A stretch of 32,555 nucleotides of DNA. Source: Candidatus Micrarchaeota archaeon. GTDB taxonomy: Archaea; Micrarchaeota; Micrarchaeia; Norongarragalinales; SBBD01. Position numbers and translations under genes: made by a program. The DNA lies in the NCBI GenBank assembly GCA_043806595.1, contig JAZDGU010000015.1, positions 1 to 32,555 of the forward strand, given 5' to 3'. This document shows positions 18,432-26,431 of the stretch, piece after piece. Within the stretch, counting starts at the first letter, position 1. Each line of letters opens with the position of its first letter. A model generated the notes under the pieces. That model had not been told where the DNA came from. It did not search any database and saw only the letters and a list, made by a program, of their open reading frames with translations.

Positions 18432-18857
18432 ATGGTTGAAAAAGTGGTTGCGCTTCCCGCCTTTGACGGCACGCCGCTGGACGCCCTAATGCTCGACGAG
18501 CGCTCGGTTTTCGACCCCGCGCGACTGGCCGAGCTCCTCCAGAAATTCGCACGTTTCACTGACAGGGGGGAATTCGTGCCGGAGCCGTCGTTTGACGAGT
18601 TGGACAACCAGCGAAAGGTCGTCGTCTTCCTGCTGGCCAAGAAGGCGATGAAGATGAGGGGGGTGGCGGAGGACGAGCTCGCCGGGCCAGCTGAAATCGC
18701 TTCCGCGTGCAGCATGGCCAACGGCTCGGCGAAGACCGCGCTGCGCCGACTGAGCGGCTTCATGGTCGAGGGCCGCGGCGGGAAATACGGGGTGCCGGCA
18801 AGGTTCATAGAGCGTGTCAGGAAGGTGTTGCAGGATGGAGGCAGGCCGCGTCGCTGA
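18432..18857 (+). CDS. Hypothetical winged-helix protein A
   Basis: FLLAKKAMK...GPAEIASACSMANGSAKTALRRL...GGKYGVP HTH-plus-wing pattern; coding-like codon usage from 18432. Confidence 0.7.
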   Translation: MVEKVVALPAFDGTPLDALMLDERSVFDPARLAELLQKFARFTDRGEFVPEPSFDELDNQRKVVVFLLAKKAMKMRGVAEDELAGPAEIASACSMANGSAKTALRRLSGFMVEGRGGKYGVPARFIERVRKVLQDGGRPRR

Positions 18858-19314
18858 GATCGCGAAGAGAATCGCAGAAGAGATCGAGAGGTCGGGGTTG
18901 GCGGAGCCTTACAAGTCCGCGGCCTTCCAGGCCGCGCTCGCGGATGCTCTGCGCCGCGAGGAAGCGGGAACGGCCGAGGGCGCCAAGCTGGTGGAGTTCC
19001 AGGACGCGCAGACGCCGGTGTTCCACTTCGCCCTGCCCCGGGAGAGCCGGGCCGAACTCCAGGCGCAGGGCATTCTCCTGCTTCTCCTGGCGCTCAAGCG
19101 CACGTTCAACAGGATCAGCGCCACGTCGAACGAGCTGAGCAGGATGCTGCATACTGCAGGGATGGACAACGAGCGCATCGACATCCCGATTGCTAGGCTG
19201 AAAAAGGAGGAGCCCAAGCTTGTGGCGGCCGCGCGCCGGGGAAGGAGGCTTTCGCTTACGGCTGCAGGCGAGCAGAGGGCTGCTGCGCTGTGGGCCCGGC
19301 TTTCCTCGAAGTGA
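18835..19314 (+). CDS. Hypothetical winged-helix protein B
   Basis: N-terminal helical hairpin (EPYKSAAFQAALADAL); C-terminal TSNELSRML...IARLKK...LSLTAAGE wing motif; overlaps gene A. Confidence 0.7.
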   Translation: MEAGRVAEIAKRIAEEIERSGLAEPYKSAAFQAALADALRREEAGTAEGAKLVEFQDAQTPVFHFALPRESRAELQAQGILLLLLALKRTFNRISATSNELSRMLHTAGMDNERIDIPIARLKKEEPKLVAAARRGRRLSLTAAGEQRAAALWARLSSK

Positions 19315-19318
19315 TTGT

Positions 19319-19717
19319 ATGGACCTGCCTTCTTCCGCCAACGCCCCCGAGTTGCTCCGGCGCCAGGTCGCCTTCGCAAAGTCGGCCTCGGCGGAGTTCG
19401 GGGACGACGCGAGGGAGGTGTTCGCGGCGCTGCTCGTGGCCCAGCTGCTCAAGGGGAGGGCGTTCTCTGCAGGAGCAAGGCGGGACGCACCGCGGCCCGC
19501 GGGGCTCTCCGGGGCGCTGATGCGGCTTGTCGACACCGGGTTCTTCTTCCAGCCCAAGGGTGTCGGCGACGTCGCGGACGAGCTCTCCCGCAGGGGGACG
19601 AATGCCAAGAGGACGAGCGTCAACAAGCTCCTCTGCGAGGACTTCATGAAGCGCCGGGGCATGCTGTCGAGGACCAGGGCGGAGGGAAAGTGGAAGTACA
19701 GGCTCGCGCTGCCGTGA
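19319..19717 (+). CDS. Hypothetical winged-helix protein C
   Basis: LVDTGFFFQPKGVGDVADELSRRG...TSVNKLL...GMLSRTRAEGKWKY wHTH pattern; starts 4 nt after gene B. Confidence 0.72.
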   Translation: MDLPSSANAPELLRRQVAFAKSASAEFGDDAREVFAALLVAQLLKGRAFSAGARRDAPRPAGLSGALMRLVDTGFFFQPKGVGDVADELSRRGTNAKRTSVNKLLCEDFMKRRGMLSRTRAEGKWKYRLALP

Positions 19718-19797
19718 GGCGCCGCGTATTTAAAACAACGTTTATTAACCGAATGCGGTTAAGTATGGTTCGTTCGCGTTTTGATCCGGTGCAATAA

Positions 19798-20376
19798 ATG
19801 GTTTCGCTTCCTGCGGGCAACGCAGTCAAGACGGGCATAGACGTCGCTGCCATAGACTTCTTTTCGCTGCTTGCCGAACTGAAGGCCAAGGTGTTCAACG
19901 GCTACATGTGCATCACCGTGCAGGGCACCGGCGGGCTCGAGGACGGCTCGCTTGTCTTCGATAACGGCAAGATAGTGGCCTCGTTCTTTGATTACCTGCG
20001 GTACGACAAGAGGCTCCTCGGCGAGGCGGCGCTCGTCCGCGTGTTCAACGCGTCCCAGGCGAGGACGGGCGTAATCGACATCTACCAGCTGACGAACGAG
20101 CAGGTGCAGCTTATCCTCGCCTTCAACGAGAACGCCATCTGCATTCCCAGCGAGCGCGACCTCGTGCGCTTCAAGTCCCAGCCGTTCTCCGACGAGTACG
20201 AGGGGCAGCTCGCGGCTTTCGAGCCCGGCGAGAACAAGAGCGAGCTCCTGAAGAAGTACAAGCTTGGGGACATGGCCGCGGACAGGCTGCCGCAGCCTCC
20301 TGCCGTCGAGTCTCCTGAAGCAGCAAGCGACGAGGAGGACCTCCTCGCGAAGCTGAAGAAGAAGAGGAAGGCGTGA
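19798..20376 (+). CDS. DUF2226 family protein
   Basis: M.LP.G, FNGY..IT..G..G.EDG.LVF.NGKIVA, IDIY.L, C-terminal ELLKKYKL; pattern recalled for archaeal DUF2226. Confidence 0.7.
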   Translation: MVSLPAGNAVKTGIDVAAIDFFSLLAELKAKVFNGYMCITVQGTGGLEDGSLVFDNGKIVASFFDYLRYDKRLLGEAALVRVFNASQARTGVIDIYQLTNEQVQLILAFNENAICIPSERDLVRFKSQPFSDEYEGQLAAFEPGENKSELLKKYKLGDMAADRLPQPPAVESPEAASDEEDLLAKLKKKRKA

Positions 20377-20383
20377 TACACTC

Positions 20384-21166
20384 ATGCGGAGCATCGTGGT
20401 TGCATCGGGGAAGGGCGGCGTCGGGAAGACCAGCATTGCCGTCAACCTCGGCCTCGTCCTCGCCCAGCAGGGCAAGCGCGTGGTGGTGGTCGACGCCGAC
20501 GTGAGCATGGCCAACGTCGGCATAATGCTCGGGATAGAGCGCGCTCCCATCAGCCTGCACAACGTTCTCATGGGCGAGACGAGCATCCGCGACGCGATAT
20601 ACGAGGGCCCCTACAAGATCAAGTACGTCCCCTCGAGCCTCTCGCTCGAGCGGGTCAAAAGGATTTCCATGGAGCGCCTCAAGCCCGCGATCCAGGAACT
20701 CGAGCCCATAGCGGATTTCGTCATCATCGACTCGCCGCCGAGCCTCAACCGCGAGAGCGAGTTCTCGATCGTCGCCGCGAAGGAGATGATCCTCGTGGTC
20801 ACCCCGGACCCGGCGAGCCTCGCCGACGCGCTGAAGATTATCAACTTCGCCGGCAAGAGCGGCGTCTCGGTCACCGGAGTCGTCATAAACATGAGCATCG
20901 GGGACAAGAACGAGGTCAAGAGGGATGACATCGAGACGCTCCTGGCGTCGAAAGTGCTCCTCACCATCCCCGAGGACTTGGAGATGCGCAGGGCGACGAT
21001 AGCGCAGGTGCCGCTGGTGATGAAGAACCCGCAGGCCCCCTCCGCCAAGAAAATCCGCGAGCTCGCCTCCAAGCTGACGGGCGAGGCGTTGCAGGAGGAG
21101 ACAAAGGTTAAAAAGAGCCTGCTGCAGAAACTCATAGACTTCCTGACCGGGAGGAAGCAGCAGTAA
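20384..21166 (+). CDS. minD: MinD/ParA family ATPase (archaeal MinD)
   Basis: Deviant Walker A SGKGGVGKT, VDADVSMAN, IIDSPP, VVTPD, IPED; C-terminal amphipathic helix KSLLQKLIDFL. Confidence 0.92.
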   Translation: MRSIVVASGKGGVGKTSIAVNLGLVLAQQGKRVVVVDADVSMANVGIMLGIERAPISLHNVLMGETSIRDAIYEGPYKIKYVPSSLSLERVKRISMERLKPAIQELEPIADFVIIDSPPSLNRESEFSIVAAKEMILVVTPDPASLADALKIINFAGKSGVSVTGVVINMSIGDKNEVKRDDIETLLASKVLLTIPEDLEMRRATIAQVPLVMKNPQAPSAKKIRELASKLTGEALQEETKVKKSLLQKLIDFLTGRKQQ

Positions 21167-21424
<258 letters not shown>

Positions 21425-21488
21425 AACCCTTCCGTCGGAAGAGAAGCCTTAAAACCGTATTTCAGCCTATTCTATTCCTTGCATCGGA

Positions 21489-21560
21489 GGGCTCGTGGTG
21501 GAACGGTAACACGCCTGCATGGCATGCAGGAGACTCCGGGTTCGATTCCCGGCGAGTCCA
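21489..21560 (+). tRNA. tRNA-Ala(GGC)
   Basis: Acceptor GGGCTCG/CGAGTCC with the G3:U70 Ala determinant; anticodon arm CCTGC-ATGGCAT-GCAGG; T-loop GTTCGATTC; A73; CCA not encoded. Confidence 0.96.
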
Positions 21561-21561
21561 T

Positions 21562-21598
21562 GACACCTCTAGGGGGGTTCCACCCCCCTACTCGTGTC
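21562..21598. repeat. Stem-loop/palindrome between the tRNAs
   Basis: GACAC-CTC-TAGGGGGG-TTCCA-CCCCCCTA-CTC-GTGTC. Confidence 0.8.
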
Positions 21599-21652
21599 GC
21601 CTCTACCCCCCGTTGCGTTTTTATTTAAGGGGAAATGAATATTTACTCCGCT

Positions 21653-21724
21653 GGGCTCATAGTCAAGTGGTTAAGACACCTCGTTGACGTCGAGGAGGCC
21701 CCGGTTCGATTCCGGGTGGGCCCA
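21653..21724 (+). tRNA. tRNA-Val(GAC)
   Basis: Acceptor GGGCTCA/TGGGCCC; anticodon arm CCTCG-TTGACGT-CGAGG; T-loop GTTCGATTC; A73; CCA not encoded; TTTATTTAA upstream. Confidence 0.95.
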
Positions 21725-21726
21725 TC

Positions 21727-22686
21727 ATGGCATTCCCGTGGTTCAGATCGGCCGCGCTCGCGCTCCTCCTCGCGGGCCTAGCCGCCGCGGTCAACTATAC
21801 CTGCTACGGTCTCAGCGGAGTGCCCAATCCCGCGCAGGCCGGTTCCCCCGTAAGCATCCAATTCAATTTCTTGGGCAATTCGACTGGCTCGGTCACCTGC
21901 ACGGGCGCGCAGAACCCCTCGCCGCCACTCGACTGCTTCTTCAACTCATCCTCATGCTCGGCATCGTGCGTCTGGGATTCCGCAGGAACCCGCTGGGTTT
22001 ACGCCTCCTACGGCGGCGCGAATTGCACGCCCTTCCAGCAGGTTATCCAACCCGCGCCGACGCCTACTCCTACGGCGACTCCGTCTCCAACCCCCACGAT
22101 TACTCCTACGCCGACGCCGAACGCGACGATTACCCCGACGCCGACCGCTACGCCCTCTGCAACCCCGAACGCCACATTAACCCCGACGCCGACGGCCACC
22201 CCTTCTGCGACGCCGAACGCGACAGTCTACCCGACTCCGACCGAGGTCCCGACCGCTTCCCCTTACGCCACTACCGCAATTACCCCGACGCCGGAACCGG
22301 CGGTTCCCCCAGCTGCCACGCCGTTGGAGGCACAGCCGCAGACCGCGTACGCATTCATGGCCAACTACACGCATCTGCGCCTCGAGGCCGACAAGATCGA
22401 GGACGAGCGAATCCGCACGGAGATTTCACAGCTCCTCGATGAGGCGTTGCGGCTGAACGAGCGGAAGCAGGCCGTGCAGGCGCAGTCGGCGCTCGACGCC
22501 GCGAGGGCGAGGCTCGAGGACTATTCGACGTACGAGCTCGAGCGCCGGACGCCCATCAACACGTTCGAGGCCGTCGCCATAATAGTACTAATTGCGGCGG
22601 TCCTGCTCGGCCTTTTCGGCTTCGCCCGCATGCGCGGAAGGCCCGCACCGGCTCCCCCCGAGGCGGGTGGCCAGCAACGAATTTAA
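21727..22686 (+). CDS. Surface glycoprotein: signal peptide, 6-Cys domain, Pro/Thr stalk, helical domain, C-terminal TM
   Basis: [11 protein letters not shown] signal; six Cys; several NxS/T sequons; PT repeats; [20 protein letters not shown] followed by RMRGR. Confidence 0.85.
   Translation: MAFPWFRSAALALLLAGLAAAVNYTCYGLSGVPNPAQAGSPVSIQFNFLGNSTGSVTCTGAQNPSPPLDCFFNSSSCSASCVWDSAGTRWVYASYGGANCTPFQQVIQPAPTPTPTATPSPTPTITPTPTPNATITPTPTATPSATPNATLTPTPTATPSATPNATVYPTPTEVPTASPYATTAITPTPEPAVPPAATPLEAQPQTAYAFMANYTHLRLEADKIEDERIRTEISQLLDEALRLNERKQAVQAQSALDAARARLEDYSTYELERRTPINTFEAVAIIVLIAAVLLGLFGFARMRGRPAPAPPEAGGQQRI
22114..22242 (+). repeat. Intragenic tandem repeat, 48-nt unit ([16 protein letters not shown]), about 2.7 copies
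   Basis: Visible in the translation, with synonymous divergence between units at DNA level. Confidence 0.85.
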
Positions 22687-22709
22687 ATGCCGGCCGCGAA
22701 CATTGCCGC

Positions 22710-23078
22710 ATGGCGAGGTTCTCGCAGCTGCGCCTGCTCATCCTCCTCTTCGTCCTCGTCGGCGTGACGAACATGATTTCGTGGCGCGCGCAGGTGATGG
22801 CGCACGAGTTCACGCACCAGGCCATATTTTCCGCATTCGGGATCGAATCCAGGATCGTCATGCACGACTTCGGCTTCCGGGCCGAGACCATCCCGTCGGG
22901 CAGCTACGCGAGCGAGGAGGACGCGCGAATAGCAAACGTCCTGCAGGCCCAGAACGAGCTCATCACCTACCACTTCTTCCCCGCCTACACCTCCAACCTT
23001 GTGCTCCAGCTCATCCTCGTGTTCGCGATCTACAAGTTCGGCCGCGACGCCCGCGAGGAAAGAGGAAGGCCTTCCTAG
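22710..23078 (+). CDS. Small membrane protein with HExxH motif
   Basis: N- and C-terminal hydrophobic helices; AHEFTHQ; TTTAAAT about 22 nt upstream. Confidence 0.7.
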   Translation: MARFSQLRLLILLFVLVGVTNMISWRAQVMAHEFTHQAIFSAFGIESRIVMHDFGFRAETIPSGSYASEEDARIANVLQAQNELITYHFFPAYTSNLVLQLILVFAIYKFGRDAREERGRPS

Positions 23079-23086
23079 CCCCTCCT

Positions 23087-23170
23087 CCGCTCATTCCTTA
23101 AGACGGCGTAGGACTAGGTGGCCATAAGGGCGTCTCGCGGAATGCGACGCCGCACCTTCAGTCGCAGCGG
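23087..23170. other. Structured intergenic element (candidate ncRNA or cis-element)
   Basis: Nested stems CCGCT/AGCGG, CATTCC/GGAATG, AGACG/CGTCT, CGAC/GTCG; loop complementarity AGGTG/CACCT. Confidence 0.4.
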
Positions 23171-23173
23171 TCA

Positions 23174-25294
23174 TCAGACATGGTAGTTCTCGTCCGACTT
23201 TGTCAGCAGGACGAATATCAGGATGAGGAGGACGATGATTATCGCGACCTTCCACGGGAATTCGAGGCCCGCGCCGCTTTCATTTGCCGGCCTGAGCGCG
23301 GGCAGGTCGACCGCCTTCGTCTGCGAGACGCCTTCCGAGCTCCTGAGCCTCAAGGACACGGTCCTGGCGTCCGTCGCGGCCATCGGTCTTATCACGGCCT
23401 CGGCCCTCCGCGACTCGCCGGGCGCCAGCGCGCCTATGGGCGAGTCGAGCGAGACGTCGAGGCCCTGCTCGTCGCTCGCGAGGTTGATGTTGGTCAGTCC
23501 CACGTTGCCGTTGTTGGTGATGAGGAGGGAGAGCGCCACGCCGTTGACGTCGTTGCCGGTCTTCCGGTAGCTCAGCTCGTAGGAATAGTCGAGCGCGCGC
23601 ACCTGGGGCTCGACGGAAAGCGTCGCATCCGTGGAGCTCTCCTCAAGCCCGGAGGCGGCGCCGATCACGAGCTCGTAATCGCCGGGGGTTTCGGGCACGA
23701 TGCGCACGCGGTAGCTCGCCGTCGCCCCGCTCTTGATTGTCTTGGGGGCCTCGATTTCGAGCCATGCTACCGGCACCCCGCCGACGTTCACCCTTGTCTC
23801 CTCAGCGTCGTGGCTTAGGGAGTTGGTGATGGAAACGATGAAGAGCCTCGGTTCGCCCTCGATGGTGCTTATTTTCTTTGGAGCGGTGATTTTGAGGAAC
23901 TGCTGCCTTCCGGCATCCGGCAGGATCTCGACCTCGAACGAGTCGCTGCGCGTCCTCTCGCTGGAGACGATTGTGGTCTCGAGCGCCTGCATGCCGAGCG
24001 GCGCGGTGCACGACACGCCGAGTATGACGTTGACCACCTGGCTCTCCCCCGGGGAGAGCTCGAACGCCTCCGCGGGGTCGGTAAAGACGTTCGCGCCGCG
24101 CAGCGGCCTTGCCTCGACCGAATACGTGTCCCTGAGGGTGCCAGTGTTCCTCAGCTTGAACTGGAAGTCCTCCGTTGCGCACCTGCGCACTTCGGTCTTG
24201 GCGGGCTTCGTGATTTCCATGTCCAGCGTCCCGGCTACCCCGTAGCAGAAGTCCTTCTGGTAGAGGATCACGCCGTGGTACCTCGCCTGGAGGGTGAACC
24301 TGTATATCCCCGTCGGGGTATACTCGGAGGGGGAGAGGGTGACGTTGAACCATGTCCTCTCGCCGGGGTTCAGCTCGAGCACATCCACGTCGAGCCCGAC
24401 GATGTCGGAATTGTCCCCGGGGGCGATGACCCGGAGGGAGAACGGGCCCGTGACCTTGCCATCGTTGCGGAGCGCGAGCTCGAAGCCCGCCGACTCGCCC
24501 TGGCGGGCCTCGGTGCAGCCAAGAGGTTCGCCCATCATCGTGAGTGCCGCCGTATCCCCGAAGACGCTGATGCTCGCCGCAAGGACGAATTCCTGGAGGC
24601 AGCACGCGGTCGTGACCTCGGCCTTCAGGATGACGGGGTAAATGCCGCCAGGCGTTCCGGGCGGGACTGTGACGGTAGCTAGCACTGCCTTGAGCGAGTT
24701 GGCGGGCACGCGGAAGGCCTTCTCCGAGAACGCGGTGCTGTCCTCGAAGGCGTTGTCGGCGCTTGATAGCGCGACGATGACCTCCTCATCGTAGCGGTTT
24801 GAGACTATGATGTCGTATTCCTGCCTCTCGCCGGGGAACTTCTGCACGCCCGCGGAAGGCCTCATGGTTATCTCGATCCGGTCGATTGGCACCGGCGTAG
24901 GGGTGGTGTTGGCGTTGACCCTCAGAGAGAGGTTGAATGCCTGTGAGCAGCTTCCCGCGCCATCGTCGCTGGCGACCTCGAGCGCTATGGAATAATTCCC
25001 GGGCACGGCCTCCCTGGTCTTTGCCGAAAGCGTGAAAGTCCTCTGCTCGCCGGATCCCAGGACGGCGTGGCTCTCGTCGAATTCGAGTTCAACCTTGATG
25101 GGCGCGGAAGCCGACAGGTACACCGGCTGGAGGTTGGAGCCGTGGTTGGTGACACTCACCGGGAAGGATGCGGCCACGCCTTGCGTGACTGTGGCGCTCG
25201 CGACGGCATCGGCCTCCAGGAACGCGCACTGCGCGACGGTTTGAGAGGCGATGGCCGTTATCAGCGCAAGCGCGCATAGGGCGGGGAGTCTCAT
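23174..25294 (-). CDS. Multi-Ig-like-domain surface protein (COG1470/NEW3-like repeats) with C-terminal TM
   Basis: Signal peptide; about 6 beta-sandwich repeats with xVxNxG...LxPGE...TPxGxY patterns; TM VAIIIVLLILIFVLL. Confidence 0.85.
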   Translation of the reverse strand: MRLPALCALALITAIASQTVAQCAFLEADAVASATVTQGVAASFPVSVTNHGSNLQPVYLSASAPIKVELEFDESHAVLGSGEQRTFTLSAKTREAVPGNYSIALEVASDDGAGSCSQAFNLSLRVNANTTPTPVPIDRIEITMRPSAGVQKFPGERQEYDIIVSNRYDEEVIVALSSADNAFEDSTAFSEKAFRVPANSLKAVLATVTVPPGTPGGIYPVILKAEVTTACCLQEFVLAASISVFGDTAALTMMGEPLGCTEARQGESAGFELALRNDGKVTGPFSLRVIAPGDNSDIVGLDVDVLELNPGERTWFNVTLSPSEYTPTGIYRFTLQARYHGVILYQKDFCYGVAGTLDMEITKPAKTEVRRCATEDFQFKLRNTGTLRDTYSVEARPLRGANVFTDPAEAFELSPGESQVVNVILGVSCTAPLGMQALETTIVSSERTRSDSFEVEILPDAGRQQFLKITAPKKISTIEGEPRLFIVSITNSLSHDAEETRVNVGGVPVAWLEIEAPKTIKSGATASYRVRIVPETPGDYELVIGAASGLEESSTDATLSVEPQVRALDYSYELSYRKTGNDVNGVALSLLITNNGNVGLTNINLASDEQGLDVSLDSPIGALAPGESRRAEAVIRPMAATDARTVSLRLRSSEGVSQTKAVDLPALRPANESGAGLEFPWKVAIIIVLLILIFVLLTKSDENYHV

Positions 25295-25315
25295 GGTGAA
25301 ACCCTATTGCGGAAT

Positions 25316-25327
25316 CTTTTTAATATA
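25316..25327. promoter_or_regulatory. TATA-like element between the divergent surface-protein and carS genes
   Basis: TTTTTAATATA, about 25 nt from ATG 25294 and about 55 nt from ATG 25385. Confidence 0.5.
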
Positions 25328-25384
25328 GGTTACTGTTCGACTATCCCCCGAGTGCAAGCGTGGATTTCAACGGTTGTCGTGAAT

Positions 25385-25897
25385 ATGGATTACGTCGGAC
25401 TCGTGCTTTTCGCCCTCCCGGCCTACATAGCCAACGGCGCGCCCGTGCTGTTCGGCGGGGGCAGGCCGGTCGACGGGGGGGCGTACTTCTACGACGGGCG
25501 CAGGCTTTTCGGCGACAGCAAGACCGTGCGCGGACTCGTTTCCGGCGTCGCAGCTGGCATGGCCGCCGCGGTGTTGCTCGCATACGCCGTTCCGGCCCTC
25601 TTCCTCCCCCAGTTCCCCTTCGCGACGAAGATGCTCGTCGCCTTCCTGCTGTCCGCTGGCACCCTCTGCGGCGACCTTCTCGGCAGCTTCCTCAAGAGGC
25701 GCATGGGGCTTACGCCGGGCGAGCATTTCTTCATCACCGACCAGGTGCTCTTCTTCGCAGTGGCCCTCGCATTCTCTTCCGTAGTGTACCTGCCCTCATA
25801 CGACGGGGTGCTGTACCTCTTCATAGTGACCTTCGCGCTCCACATACTTTCAAACATGGCCGCGCACCGGCTCAAACTGAAGAACGTGCCCTGGTGA
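25385..25897 (+). CDS. carS: CDP-archaeol synthase (CarS, DUF46)
   Basis: LPAYIANGAPVLFGGGRPVDGG, DGRRLFGDSKTVRG, GDLLGSFLKRRMG, DQ, H...N..A..L.LK.VPW. Confidence 0.95.
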   Translation: MDYVGLVLFALPAYIANGAPVLFGGGRPVDGGAYFYDGRRLFGDSKTVRGLVSGVAAGMAAAVLLAYAVPALFLPQFPFATKMLVAFLLSAGTLCGDLLGSFLKRRMGLTPGEHFFITDQVLFFAVALAFSSVVYLPSYDGVLYLFIVTFALHILSNMAAHRLKLKNVPW

Positions 25898-25903
25898 AAC
25901 GAT

Positions 25904-26431
25904 TTGCTCCTCGACGCCGGAGAGAAGAGGTTCCTGGCGAGGTTCCTCGCCATCTTCTTCGGCCTATTCGCCGTCCTCCTTCTTGCAGACCTCCGCGCGC
26001 TGAACGAGGCCATCGCGTCGGTGCAGGCCGGCCTGCTCGCCCTCTCCGGCCTCCCAGTAGTGCAGCACGGCATACTGCTCTCCTCCGGAAATTCCGCGGC
26101 CACGATTGTCAACGAGTGCTCCGGGCTAGTGATGGTCATCCTTCTGGCCGCGCTGCTCTATGCCTCGCAGATGCCGGAATCCCGGCGCCGCAGGACGCTC
26201 CTGATTTTCACCCCGTTCCTCCTCGCCTTCAACATCGCGCGGCTCTTCCTGACGCTTCGGGCGTTTTTCACGGCGGGCGCCCTCTTCGACTACGTGCACG
26301 TGCTCCTGTGGTTCGTGGATTCCGCGGTCGTCCTCTCCATATGGTACATGGCGTTCTCTTCCCCCCATGCCCCTGCGCCCGCCGGAAATCTAAAGCAATA
26401 TAAACGGCGTGCGCGCAAACCGCCTTCATGA
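25904..26431 (+). CDS. Archaeosortase/exosortase family protein (short, ArtE-like)
   Basis: Multi-TM protein with the Cys-Arg-His triad: IVNECSGL, FNIARL, DYVH. TTG start after a GGTGA RBS. Confidence 0.85.
   Translation: MLLDAGEKRFLARFLAIFFGLFAVLLLADLRALNEAIASVQAGLLALSGLPVVQHGILLSSGNSAATIVNECSGLVMVILLAALLYASQMPESRRRRTLLIFTPFLLAFNIARLFLTLRAFFTAGALFDYVHVLLWFVDSAVVLSIWYMAFSSPHAPAPAGNLKQYKRRARKPPS

Noticed and set aside
21489..21724. tRNA-anchored integrated element
   Set aside because: No integrase and no duplicated tRNA 3' end seen; downstream genes have host-like composition and include core genes.
22051..22323. CRISPR-like repeat array
   Set aside because: The repeats are in-frame Pro/Thr codons with synonymous variation; no spacers or cas genes.
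23100..23130. Twister, hammerhead or pistol ribozyme assignment for the structured element
   Set aside because: Only a partial resemblance (GTCCTACGCC on the minus strand); the required conserved cores are absent.
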